This document shows positions 1-8,571 of a stretch of 37,394 bases of DNA, piece by piece. The stretch covers positions 1 to 37,394 of the forward strand of contig JAHDCG010000054.1 of NCBI GenBank assembly GCA_020629965.1. The letters are read 5' to 3'. Each line of letters begins with the position of its first letter. The stretch's first letter is position 1. The position numbers and the translations under genes were made by a program. Source of the stretch: Saprospiraceae bacterium. Its GTDB lineage: Bacteria; Bacteroidota; Bacteroidia; Chitinophagales; Saprospiraceae. The notes beneath the pieces are model-generated. The model made no database searches, was not told the origin of the DNA, and saw only the letters and a list, made by a program, of their open reading frames with translations.

Positions 1-212
1 ACGACAGTGAAGAAAAGAAGCAGTAGTTTATTTTGCATGGCGGCGCTTTTTTTTTGGTAAAATTACGGGAATCGAGCGGTATGGGAAAATGCTTTTAGAT
101 TCGAGAATTATCGCGGAGTTCGGATTGGTTTGTATGGCTTAAAAGATTGCAAAACGTTATTAGTTGAAAAATGTATGTATTTTTGGGTACATTTTTCAAC
201 CAATACGGAATC

Positions 213-1652
213 ATGATAAAGAACTTTTACGGAAGGAAGAAAGAAATTACAATTTTACGAGAAGCTCTGACAAGCTCGTAAGCAGAAATGATTTCGGTCA
301 TCGGCAGGCGAAGAGTAGGTAAAACATTTTTGATTAAAAAAGTGTACGAAAACCATATTGCTTTTCAAATGACAGGAACGCAAAATGCCCCGCGTACCGA
401 ACAACTGCAAAACTTTGCAATTCAATTGAAAAAATCCTCGGGCAGGACTCTGCCTTTACAAAAACCAAAAAATTGGTTAGAAGCATTTTTCTTGCTTTCG
501 GAATATTTGGACAGCAAACAAATCGACAAAGAAAAATCTGTGATTTTCTTTGACGAAGTGCCGTGGATAGCTACGTATAAATCGGGATTTTTACGCGGTT
601 TAAGCCGGTTTTGGAACAGTTGGGCTGTCGAAAAAAATATCGTAGTCGCTATTTGTGGTTCGGCGGCTTCGTGGATGATTAAAAAAGTAGTACACCACAA
701 AGGCGGTTTACACAACAGAATTACGCGTCAAATTAATTTGCGACCTTTCACTTTATACAAAACCGAAGAATACTTAACTCAACGCGGTATTCAACTCGAC
801 CGATATCAAATCATTCAGATTTATATGGCTTTGGGCGGTATGCCTTTTTACTTGAAAGAAATAAAAAAAGGGAAAAATGCATTACAAAATATCAATGACA
901 TCTGCTTTACCGCGAACGGATTGTTAAAAAACGAATTTCCGATTCTATATAATTCGCTTTTTGACCGAGCAAATCGTCACATCAGTATAGCTAAATTATT
1001 AGCTGTAAACCCAAAAGGCATGACACGCGATGCAATTGCTGTCAACTCAAAATTAACCAAGGGCGGCACACTTACCACAGTATTACAAGAACTTTCAGAG
1101 TCCGGATTTATTATGAGTTTTCGACCTTTCGGCAAAAAAAAGAAAGATACACTTTACCGTTTAACAGATGAATATTCTCTGTTTTACTTGCAATTTATCG
1201 AAGGTAAAAGTCTGGAAGGTGATAATATTTGGCATCATTTAAGCCAAACGCCGGCGTATAAAGCATGGAGCGGTTTTACTTTCGAGAGCATCTGCCTAAA
1301 ACACATTCCGCAAATTAAAAAAACTTTAAGTATTGCCGGAATTTATTCTCTCTCGTCCTCTTTTCATAAAAAGGGTACTGCCGATGAACAAGGCACACAG
1401 ATTGATTTGGTTATCGACCGGAAAGACCACGTTATAAATCTTTTCGAGATAAAATTTTACGATACGACTTTTACCATCAGTAAAAACTACGCGCAAAATC
1501 TGCGAGAAAAAATGCGCATCTTCAAAGAAACAACCGGTACATCCAAACAAATATTTTGGATATTTCTGACTACTTTCGGAGTAAATGAAAACGAACACAA
1601 CCGAAGTATAATTACGCAGGAGTTGACGATGGATGCGTTATTCAACCAATAA
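213..1652 (+). pseudogene. Full-length reading frame of the ATPase including the conserved N-terminal segment, interrupted by an in-frame TAA (279-281); possible nonsense-mutated gene or sequencing error
   Basis: Frame 213-281 translates to MIKNFYGRKKEITILREALTSS*. It is in the same frame as ATG 288 (213 and 288 are both multiples of 3). Read across the stop, the sequence ...FYGRKKEITILREALTSS-x-AEMISVIGRRRVGKT matches the canonical N-terminus of this family (F-x-G/D-R-x-x-E-L..L...... hhhhYGRRRVGKT). Confidence 0.45.
288..1652 (+). CDS. AAA+ ATPase of the PF01637/DUF234 'archaeal ATPase' family (ATP-binding protein), as called from the first ATG after an in-frame stop
   Basis: Walker A motif GRRRVGKT sits at residues 6-13. 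Walker B-like hhhhDE (VIFFDEVPW) follows about 80 aa later. Length of about 450 aa and a C-terminal DUF234-like region fit the family. Family members normally carry about 25 aa before the P-loop. That stretch is found in the same frame upstream (213-281) but is separated by TAA at 279-281. Confidence 0.75.
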   Translation: MISVIGRRRVGKTFLIKKVYENHIAFQMTGTQNAPRTEQLQNFAIQLKKSSGRTLPLQKPKNWLEAFFLLSEYLDSKQIDKEKSVIFFDEVPWIATYKSGFLRGLSRFWNSWAVEKNIVVAICGSAASWMIKKVVHHKGGLHNRITRQINLRPFTLYKTEEYLTQRGIQLDRYQIIQIYMALGGMPFYLKEIKKGKNALQNINDICFTANGLLKNEFPILYNSLFDRANRHISIAKLLAVNPKGMTRDAIAVNSKLTKGGTLTTVLQELSESGFIMSFRPFGKKKKDTLYRLTDEYSLFYLQFIEGKSLEGDNIWHHLSQTPAYKAWSGFTFESICLKHIPQIKKTLSIAGIYSLSSSFHKKGTADEQGTQIDLVIDRKDHVINLFEIKFYDTTFTISKNYAQNLREKMRIFKETTGTSKQIFWIFLTTFGVNENEHNRSIITQELTMDALFNQ

Positions 1653-1740
1653 AAAAAGCGACCCCCGCCCCCCAAAGGAAACGAAAGTCGCTTTCTCAAA
1701 AATTACCAAGTAAAAAATCCGGTAGCGGCTCGAATCTGTG

Positions 1741-1792
1741 ATTACTCACCGGGTGACTCACTTGTCCCTCAGGAAAGTCACTTTTTGAGTAA
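1741..1792. repeat. Copy 1 (expanded loop) of a nested-palindrome intergenic repeat family: TTACTCAC-(C/A)GGGTGACTC...AGTCAC-TTTTTGAGTAA
   Basis: Outer arms are ttactca and tgagtaa. Inner arms are gtgact and agtcac. Related copies lie at 6701-6741 and 31821-31881. Confidence 0.7.
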
Positions 1793-1860
1793 AAGCAAAG
1801 CATCGACCGATTTGACCCGCGACCAAAGTTTACCGCGAACCAAAGCCGCTTTCCGGAGCA

Positions 1861-1885
1861 AGACGTCGCAATGCAACGTCTCTAC
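1861..1885. repeat. Hairpin-containing 25-bp repeat (agacgtcgcaatgcaacgtctctac). An inverted, near-identical copy is at 7944-7968
   Basis: The reverse complement is gtagagacgttgcattgcgacgtct. Sequence at 7944-7968 is gtagagacgttgcactgccacgtct, a 23/25 match. Both copies lie 3' of plus-strand genes. Confidence 0.5.
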
Positions 1886-2006
1886 TAATTTACCCTCCGG
1901 AATTTTAACGGAATAAACGAACACTCTGTCTTCCCTCCGAGAGATAAGCGACAAGAGACTTCAATAAAGAAAACTCAACATCAAAGCCACCGCCCTTCCC
2001 CCGAGC

Positions 2007-2047
2007 AATCGTACATCGTAATTCGTAAATCGTAAATCGTACATCGT
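2007..2047. repeat. Short tandem repeat (tcgtaNa)x5-6 immediately 3' of the M36 peptidase gene
   Basis: Read directly: aatcgtacatcgtaattcgtaaatcgtaaatcgtacatcgtt. Confidence 0.6.
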
Positions 2048-2054
2048 TCCAAGC

Positions 2055-5000
2055 CTATTTAGCAATCACCACCTTCTCCGAGTACGTTTGACCCTCCGCA
2101 GTCACCTGCAAAAAGTAGAAACCGTCGGATAGTGCGCTGACGTTGACCGGCAGATTGGTTTCGCCGCTCGCCGTTACGTTGTAAGATTGCAAGGTGCGAC
2201 CGTCAACCGTGTGCAAAGTGACATTGACTTCCGTAGCGGTCGTCGTGTTCATGCGCACGTGAATGAAGTCCTGCGCAGGATTCGGGAATACCGAAACGCT
2301 CAAATCTTCCGTGACCGGCTCGAAGGTCGAGCTGACAACCTGACTCTCCACGACCGTACCGCGACCGGCGGGCGTCGCACAGGCTTCGTCGCCGTCCGCA
2401 CTGCTGACGCAGGCATCGCTCACGTAGTTTTTCATGTCCATAAACTCGAAGTCGTCGATGGCCCAACCGAAACCGGCACCGCCGGCGTTCGTACCGAACA
2501 TCCAACGCAGGTAAACTTCCTGACCCGCAAAGGCACTCATGTCGGCGTAAGAGGCAATCCAACCGTCAGAGTCACCCGAGAAGGCGTTCAAATTCGGAAC
2601 GACAAAAGTCTGGTATTGTACCTGCGCCGGGTAGTCGCCCCGGAAGAAATCCGCGCCGGCATCCTGCCATACGCTGCCCTCCAGAGGGTCTTCGTCGAGC
2701 GTCAACTGGAACAAACCGGCATCCGCACCCGCTTCGGTGTCATAGTTGTGGTAAAAACGAATGACCGGTTGATCACCGTCGATTAACAGACGGTCGATGT
2801 TCAACAAAGCATCCTGACTTTCTTCGTCCGGATTCGAGACAAAGAAAGAGTTGTTGCCGCTGTTTGACAATGCGTCCGTCAGTTGGAAGCTGTTTTCCAA
2901 ATCATCGTCGCTGAAAGTGTTGAAGAAATAGTTGCTCACGTCGCCTTCCATATCGTCGATAAAACGGGTGACGGAGAAAATATCGGGGTCGGTCGCAAAT
3001 TTGTAAGTCAATACAATTTCATCTTCAAAAGCCATCGTGCCGAGATCGAAGCTGACCATATTGCCGTTGACCGTACCTGCGATGCTGCCGCTGCCGGCTA
3101 CATAAGTCGTTCCTTCCGGAATTTCGTCGGTCACGACTACGCCGTCAACCGGGTCGGGTTTGTGATTGATAACCGTTACGGTTACGTCGATATCGTCGCC
3201 GGCATCTACCAACGGCGTTACTTCTTTGCTGATTTTCAACTCTTGAATACAAGTCGGACGCGGCTCGAAGTCTTCCGATTGGTCGGTAGCCGAGTTAGGG
3301 CTGCCTTGGTCGGCAAAGAAACCGGCACCGCGACGCGCGAATACTTCCCAAATCAAACACTGATTAGCACCGTCGTATAGTGCCATATCCGCCGCCAAAA
3401 TCGCATCCCGACCGTCTAAAAAACCGGGCGAACAAGCCTGATTTTTCATACCTTCAAAAACTAAGCGAACAGCTTTGTTGTTACCGCCGGTGCCTTCGTA
3501 AACGTCCGGGTCCCAGCCGTCTTGCTCCACAAATGCCCAGTACAAATCCCAAATCATGTTACACCACACCTCACCGATGGCATGTACCCCGGTGTTGCCC
3601 GCTACGTCGCCGTAAGTCAGGGGGCTGATGTTCATATCGGTAGAGTAAGGGAAACGGCGAATACCGCGACCGTCATTCGGCTGACGCTGTACGAAAGTAC
3701 CGACGCCGCGACGCATATCGCCCGTGTCGCCTTCCTGCGTACCCAAGACCAAGCCCATGAAATCGGACCAGCCTTCGCCCATTTGCTCCGCATTGCCGAG
3801 AGAACCTTGATTGGGACCGCAAGTCAAACGAATAGAAATACCGTGACCGAATTCGTGCGCGATGATACCGTTGTCGAAGTCACCGTCGAGTTTTTCCGGA
3901 CCGGTCATGACCGGCGCGGAGATAGTTGCCTGTAAACCGTCGTCCCCCGCAAATTCGCGGATAGAAGCACAGTCGATACTCTTCATCGACACTACGGGGA
4001 TGGTCACGGAGTTACCGTCGGCACCCGCTGCCATATTGATAGTCGCATCTTCAAAATTACAAATAATGACACCTACCGCACCCGCTTGCTCGGCAGCCAA
4101 GGCTTTAGAACCGAACTCACAACCGCCGCGGTCGATGAGGGCAATTTTACCCGTCAATTCCGTTACGTTTTGGATAGCTTCGCAAGCGTCCGTGCTGTAA
4201 GGGTTAAAAATTTGGTCATTAACGATGGTCACACCCGCCGTCACGCCCGGCTCGCCCGGTAAAATTTGCGCACCCCAGTCCGCAGTACCCGTATCGTAAG
4301 CACCGCCGACGCTCGCCGGCTCATTCACCTGCAAAAACTGCGAACCGCCGCCGGCACCCCACACGAACATATTGATGCTCGGAGATGTACCGTCGTTGGC
4401 GTGCGAGTAGAAAGCATTGTCTTCCTGACCGGCATCCGCGCCCGCCTGTGCGAGTGCGTCGATGGGGTCGCCGCCGATACCGCCGCCGCCGTAGTTATTT
4501 TCTTGAAAAGCACCTTCGGAGGTGTTCATACCGTTGGCGAAAGCGAAATCGTGCATGATGTTAGTCATGTAAAACAAGTTCGTTACCGCAGCGGGAATAA
4601 TCTCTTCCGGCTCCGCATCCGCATCGTAGGGCGGGTCGAAAATCAGGTCATCACCGCCGTCGGGTTCGTCGCCTGCCGAGCTTTGGTTGTCGTCGCGGTC
4701 TTCCCACGCCCAGGTGTTGTTACCGCGTGTGATGGTAAATTCGGGACCGTCCACCCCGTCGGTGTCGTGCCAACCGAAAGGAGAAGCGGGCAGGTAAGCG
4801 GGATTTTGTACTACGGAGCGGTCACCGTGTGCGGGGCTTTCCAAAGGCAAAGCAAATACGGTGTACTGTGCATTGTCTTCGGCGAGCATTTCTACGGCTG
4901 CCGCTTGCGTCGTCAGAGCTTCTTGTACGTTGCCGAGACCTGCGGGCTTTTCGCGGCAGGCTGCGTCGTGGTTGTGGTAAGCATCGTTGGTGTGTGCGCA

Positions 5001-5630
5001 GTAAATTGTCCAATTTTGTTGTGCCAACACTTCGCCGTTCATGGCGTCGATGCGCATACTCCAACGGTCGTTGTCGGTTTTGAGGTCGATGACCATATCC
5101 CACGCGAGGCGGACGCTGCCGTCTTTGAGTTCTTGGTATTGCAGTTCGGTTTCGATGTCGAGCTTCGCAAAATCATCTTTCGCAAATGTCACCTGACGGC
5201 TGCCGTTTTCACGAATGACAGTTAAAGCGACACCGGGCGATTGCAAATGTGCCAAAGCCGCCTGTACCGCCTGCTCGGCGTCGAGTGCCGGCTCACCGGA
5301 ATTGATTTTTGTGTTCAACTCGGCGACAAAGCGTTTTCCGACAAAGAAAACCTCGCCTTCCGCGTCGATAGAGACGTTGATAACGGCTTGGTTGATTTTA
5401 ATGCCGGCGTATTGCTGCTGCAAATAAACGCGGCTGATGCCCGTTCTTGCGTCGGAAGTAATTGCGCTGACGTGCATGTTTTGCACGTCGTCTTTCGTCA
5501 AGCCCCACTCGGCGTGATTGGTATTGACCTCGGCGAGGGCAATGTTAAGCGGCGATTGCACTTGAGCGAATGCCGAACCGCCCGCCAAAAGCAAGGCAAA
5601 GAGCAGCATTTTTGTAAAAACTGATTTCAT
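2055..5630 (-). CDS. Secreted M36 (fungalysin-family) zinc metallopeptidase with FTP-type propeptide region, inserted PA domain and T9SS type-A C-terminal sorting domain
   Basis: N-terminal signal peptide MKSVFTKMLLFALLLAGGSAFAQ. HEXXH zinc site in GIIAHEFGHGIS with the downstream third ligand motif GEGWSDF, as in M36. PA-domain signature KIALIDRGGCEFGSKALAAEQAGAVGVIICN lies upstream of the active site. The C-terminal ~80 aa (...VFPNPAQDFIHVRM...LQVTAEGQTYSEKVVIAK) has the T9SS CTD pattern. Confidence 0.85.
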   Translation of the reverse strand: MKSVFTKMLLFALLLAGGSAFAQVQSPLNIALAEVNTNHAEWGLTKDDVQNMHVSAITSDARTGISRVYLQQQYAGIKINQAVINVSIDAEGEVFFVGKRFVAELNTKINSGEPALDAEQAVQAALAHLQSPGVALTVIRENGSRQVTFAKDDFAKLDIETELQYQELKDGSVRLAWDMVIDLKTDNDRWSMRIDAMNGEVLAQQNWTIYCAHTNDAYHNHDAACREKPAGLGNVQEALTTQAAAVEMLAEDNAQYTVFALPLESPAHGDRSVVQNPAYLPASPFGWHDTDGVDGPEFTITRGNNTWAWEDRDDNQSSAGDEPDGGDDLIFDPPYDADAEPEEIIPAAVTNLFYMTNIMHDFAFANGMNTSEGAFQENNYGGGGIGGDPIDALAQAGADAGQEDNAFYSHANDGTSPSINMFVWGAGGGSQFLQVNEPASVGGAYDTGTADWGAQILPGEPGVTAGVTIVNDQIFNPYSTDACEAIQNVTELTGKIALIDRGGCEFGSKALAAEQAGAVGVIICNFEDATINMAAGADGNSVTIPVVSMKSIDCASIREFAGDDGLQATISAPVMTGPEKLDGDFDNGIIAHEFGHGISIRLTCGPNQGSLGNAEQMGEGWSDFMGLVLGTQEGDTGDMRRGVGTFVQRQPNDGRGIRRFPYSTDMNISPLTYGDVAGNTGVHAIGEVWCNMIWDLYWAFVEQDGWDPDVYEGTGGNNKAVRLVFEGMKNQACSPGFLDGRDAILAADMALYDGANQCLIWEVFARRGAGFFADQGSPNSATDQSEDFEPRPTCIQELKISKEVTPLVDAGDDIDVTVTVINHKPDPVDGVVVTDEIPEGTTYVAGSGSIAGTVNGNMVSFDLGTMAFEDEIVLTYKFATDPDIFSVTRFIDDMEGDVSNYFFNTFSDDDLENSFQLTDALSNSGNNSFFVSNPDEESQDALLNIDRLLIDGDQPVIRFYHNYDTEAGADAGLFQLTLDEDPLEGSVWQDAGADFFRGDYPAQVQYQTFVVPNLNAFSGDSDGWIASYADMSAFAGQEVYLRWMFGTNAGGAGFGWAIDDFEFMDMKNYVSDACVSSADGDEACATPAGRGTVVESQVVSSTFEPVTEDLSVSVFPNPAQDFIHVRMNTTTATEVNVTLHTVDGRTLQSYNVTASGETNLPVNVSALSDGFYFLQVTAEGQTYSEKVVIAK

Positions 5631-5933
5631 ACTAAATTTTTAAGTGGCAAAGAAAATCGTCGGACGTTCTCGTGATTTTCAGCCGGTTTTGATAAGTCTG
5701 TAGAAGTTGTCCGTACAAAAAGTACAAACAGGCTGCCAAAGATAAGAAAAAGTGTAATATCTTGCTTAGGCTTTTGTCAGAATAGGGTTAAACAATGTTA
5801 ATGCGGTAAGAAATCGGGCGGAATGTTAAGCGGGTGACAAGCGGACGGGAGAGATTGCATACAAATGCCAACGGCATGAAGTACTTCAGCCCGGTATGTA
5901 AGTGCCGGGAGAAACAAAACACCGAAATAAAAT

Positions 5934-6563
5934 CTACCGCGTCCACGCCCGCCAATCTTTCTCCTCCGGAAAAATATCGTACAAATCAATTTTCAAAGCG
6001 GGCAACAAAGCGGATTTTAAATTTTCACCTAAAGTAAAAAACGGCAAACGCGTCGTATACTTACCGGTTTTTTCGTGTAATGAGTAAACAATGATGAAAA
6101 AATGCAGCGGGTCGATAATCCAATATTCTTTAACGCCGGCGGCTTCGTAGAGCAGAAATTTATCTTTCATTTCTCGTTTGGCGTTGCCTTGATTTAAAAT
6201 TTCGACCGCTAAATCCGGTATGCCGATAAGTCCGTCTTTGTCAAATTTATCATCATCGAAAGTCAAAGAAATATCGGGCTGCACGACAATGTCTAATTTT
6301 CCTTTTTCTATTCCCTTGACTTCTCTCTGCAAATGCACATCGAAAGGCGCAGGCAGTAAGTCAAATCGACGTTCTTGACTATACAAATGCTGTGCAATTC
6401 GGAAGATGACCTGCCCCGAAACGTACTGATGCAAAGTACCCGTTTTCGGTATTAAAACGGGTCTGCCGTGCAGTAATTCTACGCGTTCTTCAAACTGCCA
6501 CGCGCAATAATCCGCATAGGTGTATCTGCCGGAAAAATCCAATTGGTCGAGCGATGTAAGCAT
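5934..6563 (-). CDS. Uma2-family (DUF820) PD-(D/E)XK-type putative restriction-endonuclease-like protein
   Basis: Length 209 aa. Characteristic core ...PDLAVEILNQGNAKREMKDKFLLYEAAGVKEYWIIDP (D...E-I-L-S/N-x-x-N/T...K...Y...G..EYWIIDP). Confidence 0.8.
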   Translation of the reverse strand: MLTSLDQLDFSGRYTYADYCAWQFEERVELLHGRPVLIPKTGTLHQYVSGQVIFRIAQHLYSQERRFDLLPAPFDVHLQREVKGIEKGKLDIVVQPDISLTFDDDKFDKDGLIGIPDLAVEILNQGNAKREMKDKFLLYEAAGVKEYWIIDPLHFFIIVYSLHEKTGKYTTRLPFFTLGENLKSALLPALKIDLYDIFPEEKDWRAWTR

Positions 6564-6700
6564 ATTTTTTTTCGTAAAAATAATGCAAATGAGCGATACG
6601 GAAAAGGCAAAATAACTTTTCGGTCAACCCCTCCCCCCTTCCCCGTGTTCATACTTGCGAAATACTTATTGAATTACCGACAGAAGCAGTTTGAACCGGC

Positions 6701-6741
6701 AATTACTCACAGGGTGACTCGAAGTCACCTTTTGAGTAATT
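6701..6741. repeat. Copy 2 of the nested-palindrome repeat (aattactcacagggtgactcgaagtcaccttttgagtaatt)
   Basis: Outer 9-bp arms are aattactca and tgagtaatt. Inner 6-bp arms are ggtgac and gtcacc around tcgaa. It lies in the Uma2/tas intergenic spacer. Confidence 0.75.
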
Positions 6742-6783
6742 ACCAACTCAACCGACAACAAAATTAAACAGCCACACACATCC

Positions 6784-7824
6784 ATGCAAAAAAATCAACT
6801 CGGAAATACCGACCTTCAAGTTTCTAAAATCTGCCTCGGCACCATGACCTTCGGCGAGCAAAACACCGAAGCCGAAGGACACGCACAACTCGACTGTGCC
6901 TTAGACCACGGCGTTAATTTCATCGACACGGCAGAAATGTATTCCGTGCCGGGTCGGGCGGAGACGCAGGGCAGCACCGAGCGCATTATCGGCACCTGGC
7001 TCAAAAATCGCAGCGACCGCGACCGCATTATCTTAGCAACAAAAGTGACCGGTCCCTCGGCGGGTCTGCAAAAATATATGCGTCCGCTCGACTTCAAACC
7101 CGCGTCGATACGCACGGCTTTGGACGGCAGTTTCGAGCGATTACAAACGGACTACATCGACGTTTATCAACTGCACTGGCCCGAGCGCGAAGCCAACTTT
7201 TTCGGCAAACGCGGTTACAAACACAATCCCGATAATGAATGGGAAGACAACTTCCTCAGTATCATCGAAACGATGACCGCTTTGATAAGAGAGGGCAAAA
7301 TCAGACACTGGGGTATCAGCAACGAAACCGCTTGGGGCGCGATGCGTTACCTGCACCTCGCCGATAAACACGACCTGCCCCGCCCCGTCAGCATCCAAAA
7401 TCCTTACGGTTTGCTCAATCGCACTTACGAAGTCGGCTTGGCGGAGGTCAGCATCCGCGAGTCATTGAGTCTGCTGACTTATTCTCCGATGGCGTTCGGT
7501 CTGTTGAGCGGAAAATTTCATAAAAAGCAAGACAACGAAAACGCCAGACTCAATAAATTTAAACAAATGTCGCGCTACAACTCGCAGCAGTGTTGGAATG
7601 CCACCGAGAAGTACCTCGCCATCGCCGAAAAACACGGCATGACCCTCGCGCAGATGTCCTTGGCATTCGTCAACGACCGCCCGTTTAACACCTCGACCAT
7701 CATCGGCGCGACGAATTTGGAACAACTGAAAGAAAATATCGGCAGCGCGGAGATTTCTTTGTCGAAAGAAGTGCTGAAGGAAATCGAAGAAGTACAGGAG
7801 CTCATTCCGAATCCTGCGCCGTAG
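6784..7824 (+). CDS. tas: NADP(H)-dependent aldo/keto reductase, Tas-type
   Basis: 346 aa. Strong collinear motif agreement with E. coli Tas: LGTMTFGEQNTEAEGHAQLDCA, RYLHLADKHDLPRPVSIQNPYGLLNRTYEVGLAEVS, and the C-terminal ...IPNPAP. Confidence 0.88.
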   Translation: MQKNQLGNTDLQVSKICLGTMTFGEQNTEAEGHAQLDCALDHGVNFIDTAEMYSVPGRAETQGSTERIIGTWLKNRSDRDRIILATKVTGPSAGLQKYMRPLDFKPASIRTALDGSFERLQTDYIDVYQLHWPEREANFFGKRGYKHNPDNEWEDNFLSIIETMTALIREGKIRHWGISNETAWGAMRYLHLADKHDLPRPVSIQNPYGLLNRTYEVGLAEVSIRESLSLLTYSPMAFGLLSGKFHKKQDNENARLNKFKQMSRYNSQQCWNATEKYLAIAEKHGMTLAQMSLAFVNDRPFNTSTIIGATNLEQLKENIGSAEISLSKEVLKEIEEVQELIPNPAP

Positions 7825-8024
7825 GGTTGGGTGACAGGTGGTGGTTGATAGGTGGTAGAAGGCTACGGGGTTTTGCTTACCTTTGCGGGAGGTTGAGGGG
7901 TTTGGAGGTTGGGGAGTTGGGCGGTTGGGGAAAGCACGGAGTTGTAGAGACGTTGCACTGCCACGTCTTACTATGAAAAAACGAAAGCGGCGAAATAACC
8001 GAAAAAATAAACAAAGAAAGGACT

Positions 8025-8530
8025 CAAAATTTTAAAGATGAAACCACAGACTCAAGCCCGGAGAAAGTTCCCCGCTCCGGGGTTAGGGGTTTAGAAACAC
8101 AGGACAGAGCCGTACTAAAAACCCCCGACCCCGGAGCGGGGAGAACATATTTTCACAACTGAAATTCGTCTTGAATTAAAATTCGATTGCAAAAGGGGAA
8201 TCTCAAATTTTACTGTTTTACAAAAATCAGAGAACCAAAAATTTTAAAGATGAAACCACAGACTCAAGCCCGGAGAAAGTTCCCCCGATTCGGCCTGTCC
8301 CGACTTCAGTCGCGGAGGTTAGGGGTTTAGAAACACAGGACAGAGCCGTACTAAAAACCCCCGACCCCGGAGCGGGGAGAACATATTTTCACAACTGAAA
8401 TTCGTCTTGAATTAAAATTCGATTGCAAAAGGGGAATCTCAAATTTTACTGTTTTACAAAAATGAGAGAACCAAAAATTTTAAAGATTAAATCACAGACT
8501 CAAGCCCGGAGAAAGTTCCCCCGATTCGGG
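8025..8530. repeat. Tandem direct repeat, unit about 212 bp, about 2.3 copies (8025-8236, 8237-8472 with a ~24-bp insertion, and a truncated third copy 8473-8530). Each full unit carries a long GC-rich stem-loop
   Basis: Copy 1 hairpin: ccccgctccgggg (8070-8082) pairs with ccccggagcgggg (8129-8141). An inner stem ggggttt/aaacccc sits in the loop. In copy 2 the left arm is disrupted by an insertion (cccccgattcggcctgtcccgacttcagtcgcggagg). Copy 3 retains only cccccgattcggggg. The array lies between tas and obg. Confidence 0.8.
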
Positions 8531-8571
8531 GGTAAGGAGGCTGAAAACACACAGCAAAAACAAACAAAACC

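Noticed and set aside
1655-1700. Hairpin aagcgac...gtcgctt after the ATPase gene as an intrinsic terminator
   Set aside because: The loop is 24 nt and the trailing T-run is weak (tttctc). It could function, but the evidence is thin, so it is not listed as a feature.
1715-1745. tRNA-like T-arm sequence (ggctcgaatctg)
   Set aside because: No acceptor stem, D-arm or anticodon arm could be assembled around it. It lies inside the palindromic repeat region.
4266-5225. Long plus-strand ORF (319 aa) and several others (2187-2786, 2883-3380, 3522-3935) inside the M36 peptidase gene
   Set aside because: They lie antisense to a well-supported 1191-aa gene with clear catalytic motifs and export signals. 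Their translations are Arg/Val/Gly-rich with no motifs, typical of antisense frames in GC-rich coding DNA.
8025-8530. CRISPR array interpretation of the tandem repeats (also 37062-37394)
   Set aside because: Units are 134-212 bp with no short direct repeats interleaved with unique spacers, and no cas genes.
8530-8540. aaggagg as Shine-Dalgarno for obg
   Set aside because: It lies 32 nt upstream of the ATG, too far. It is part of the truncated third repeat copy, and other genes in the window lack SD sequences.
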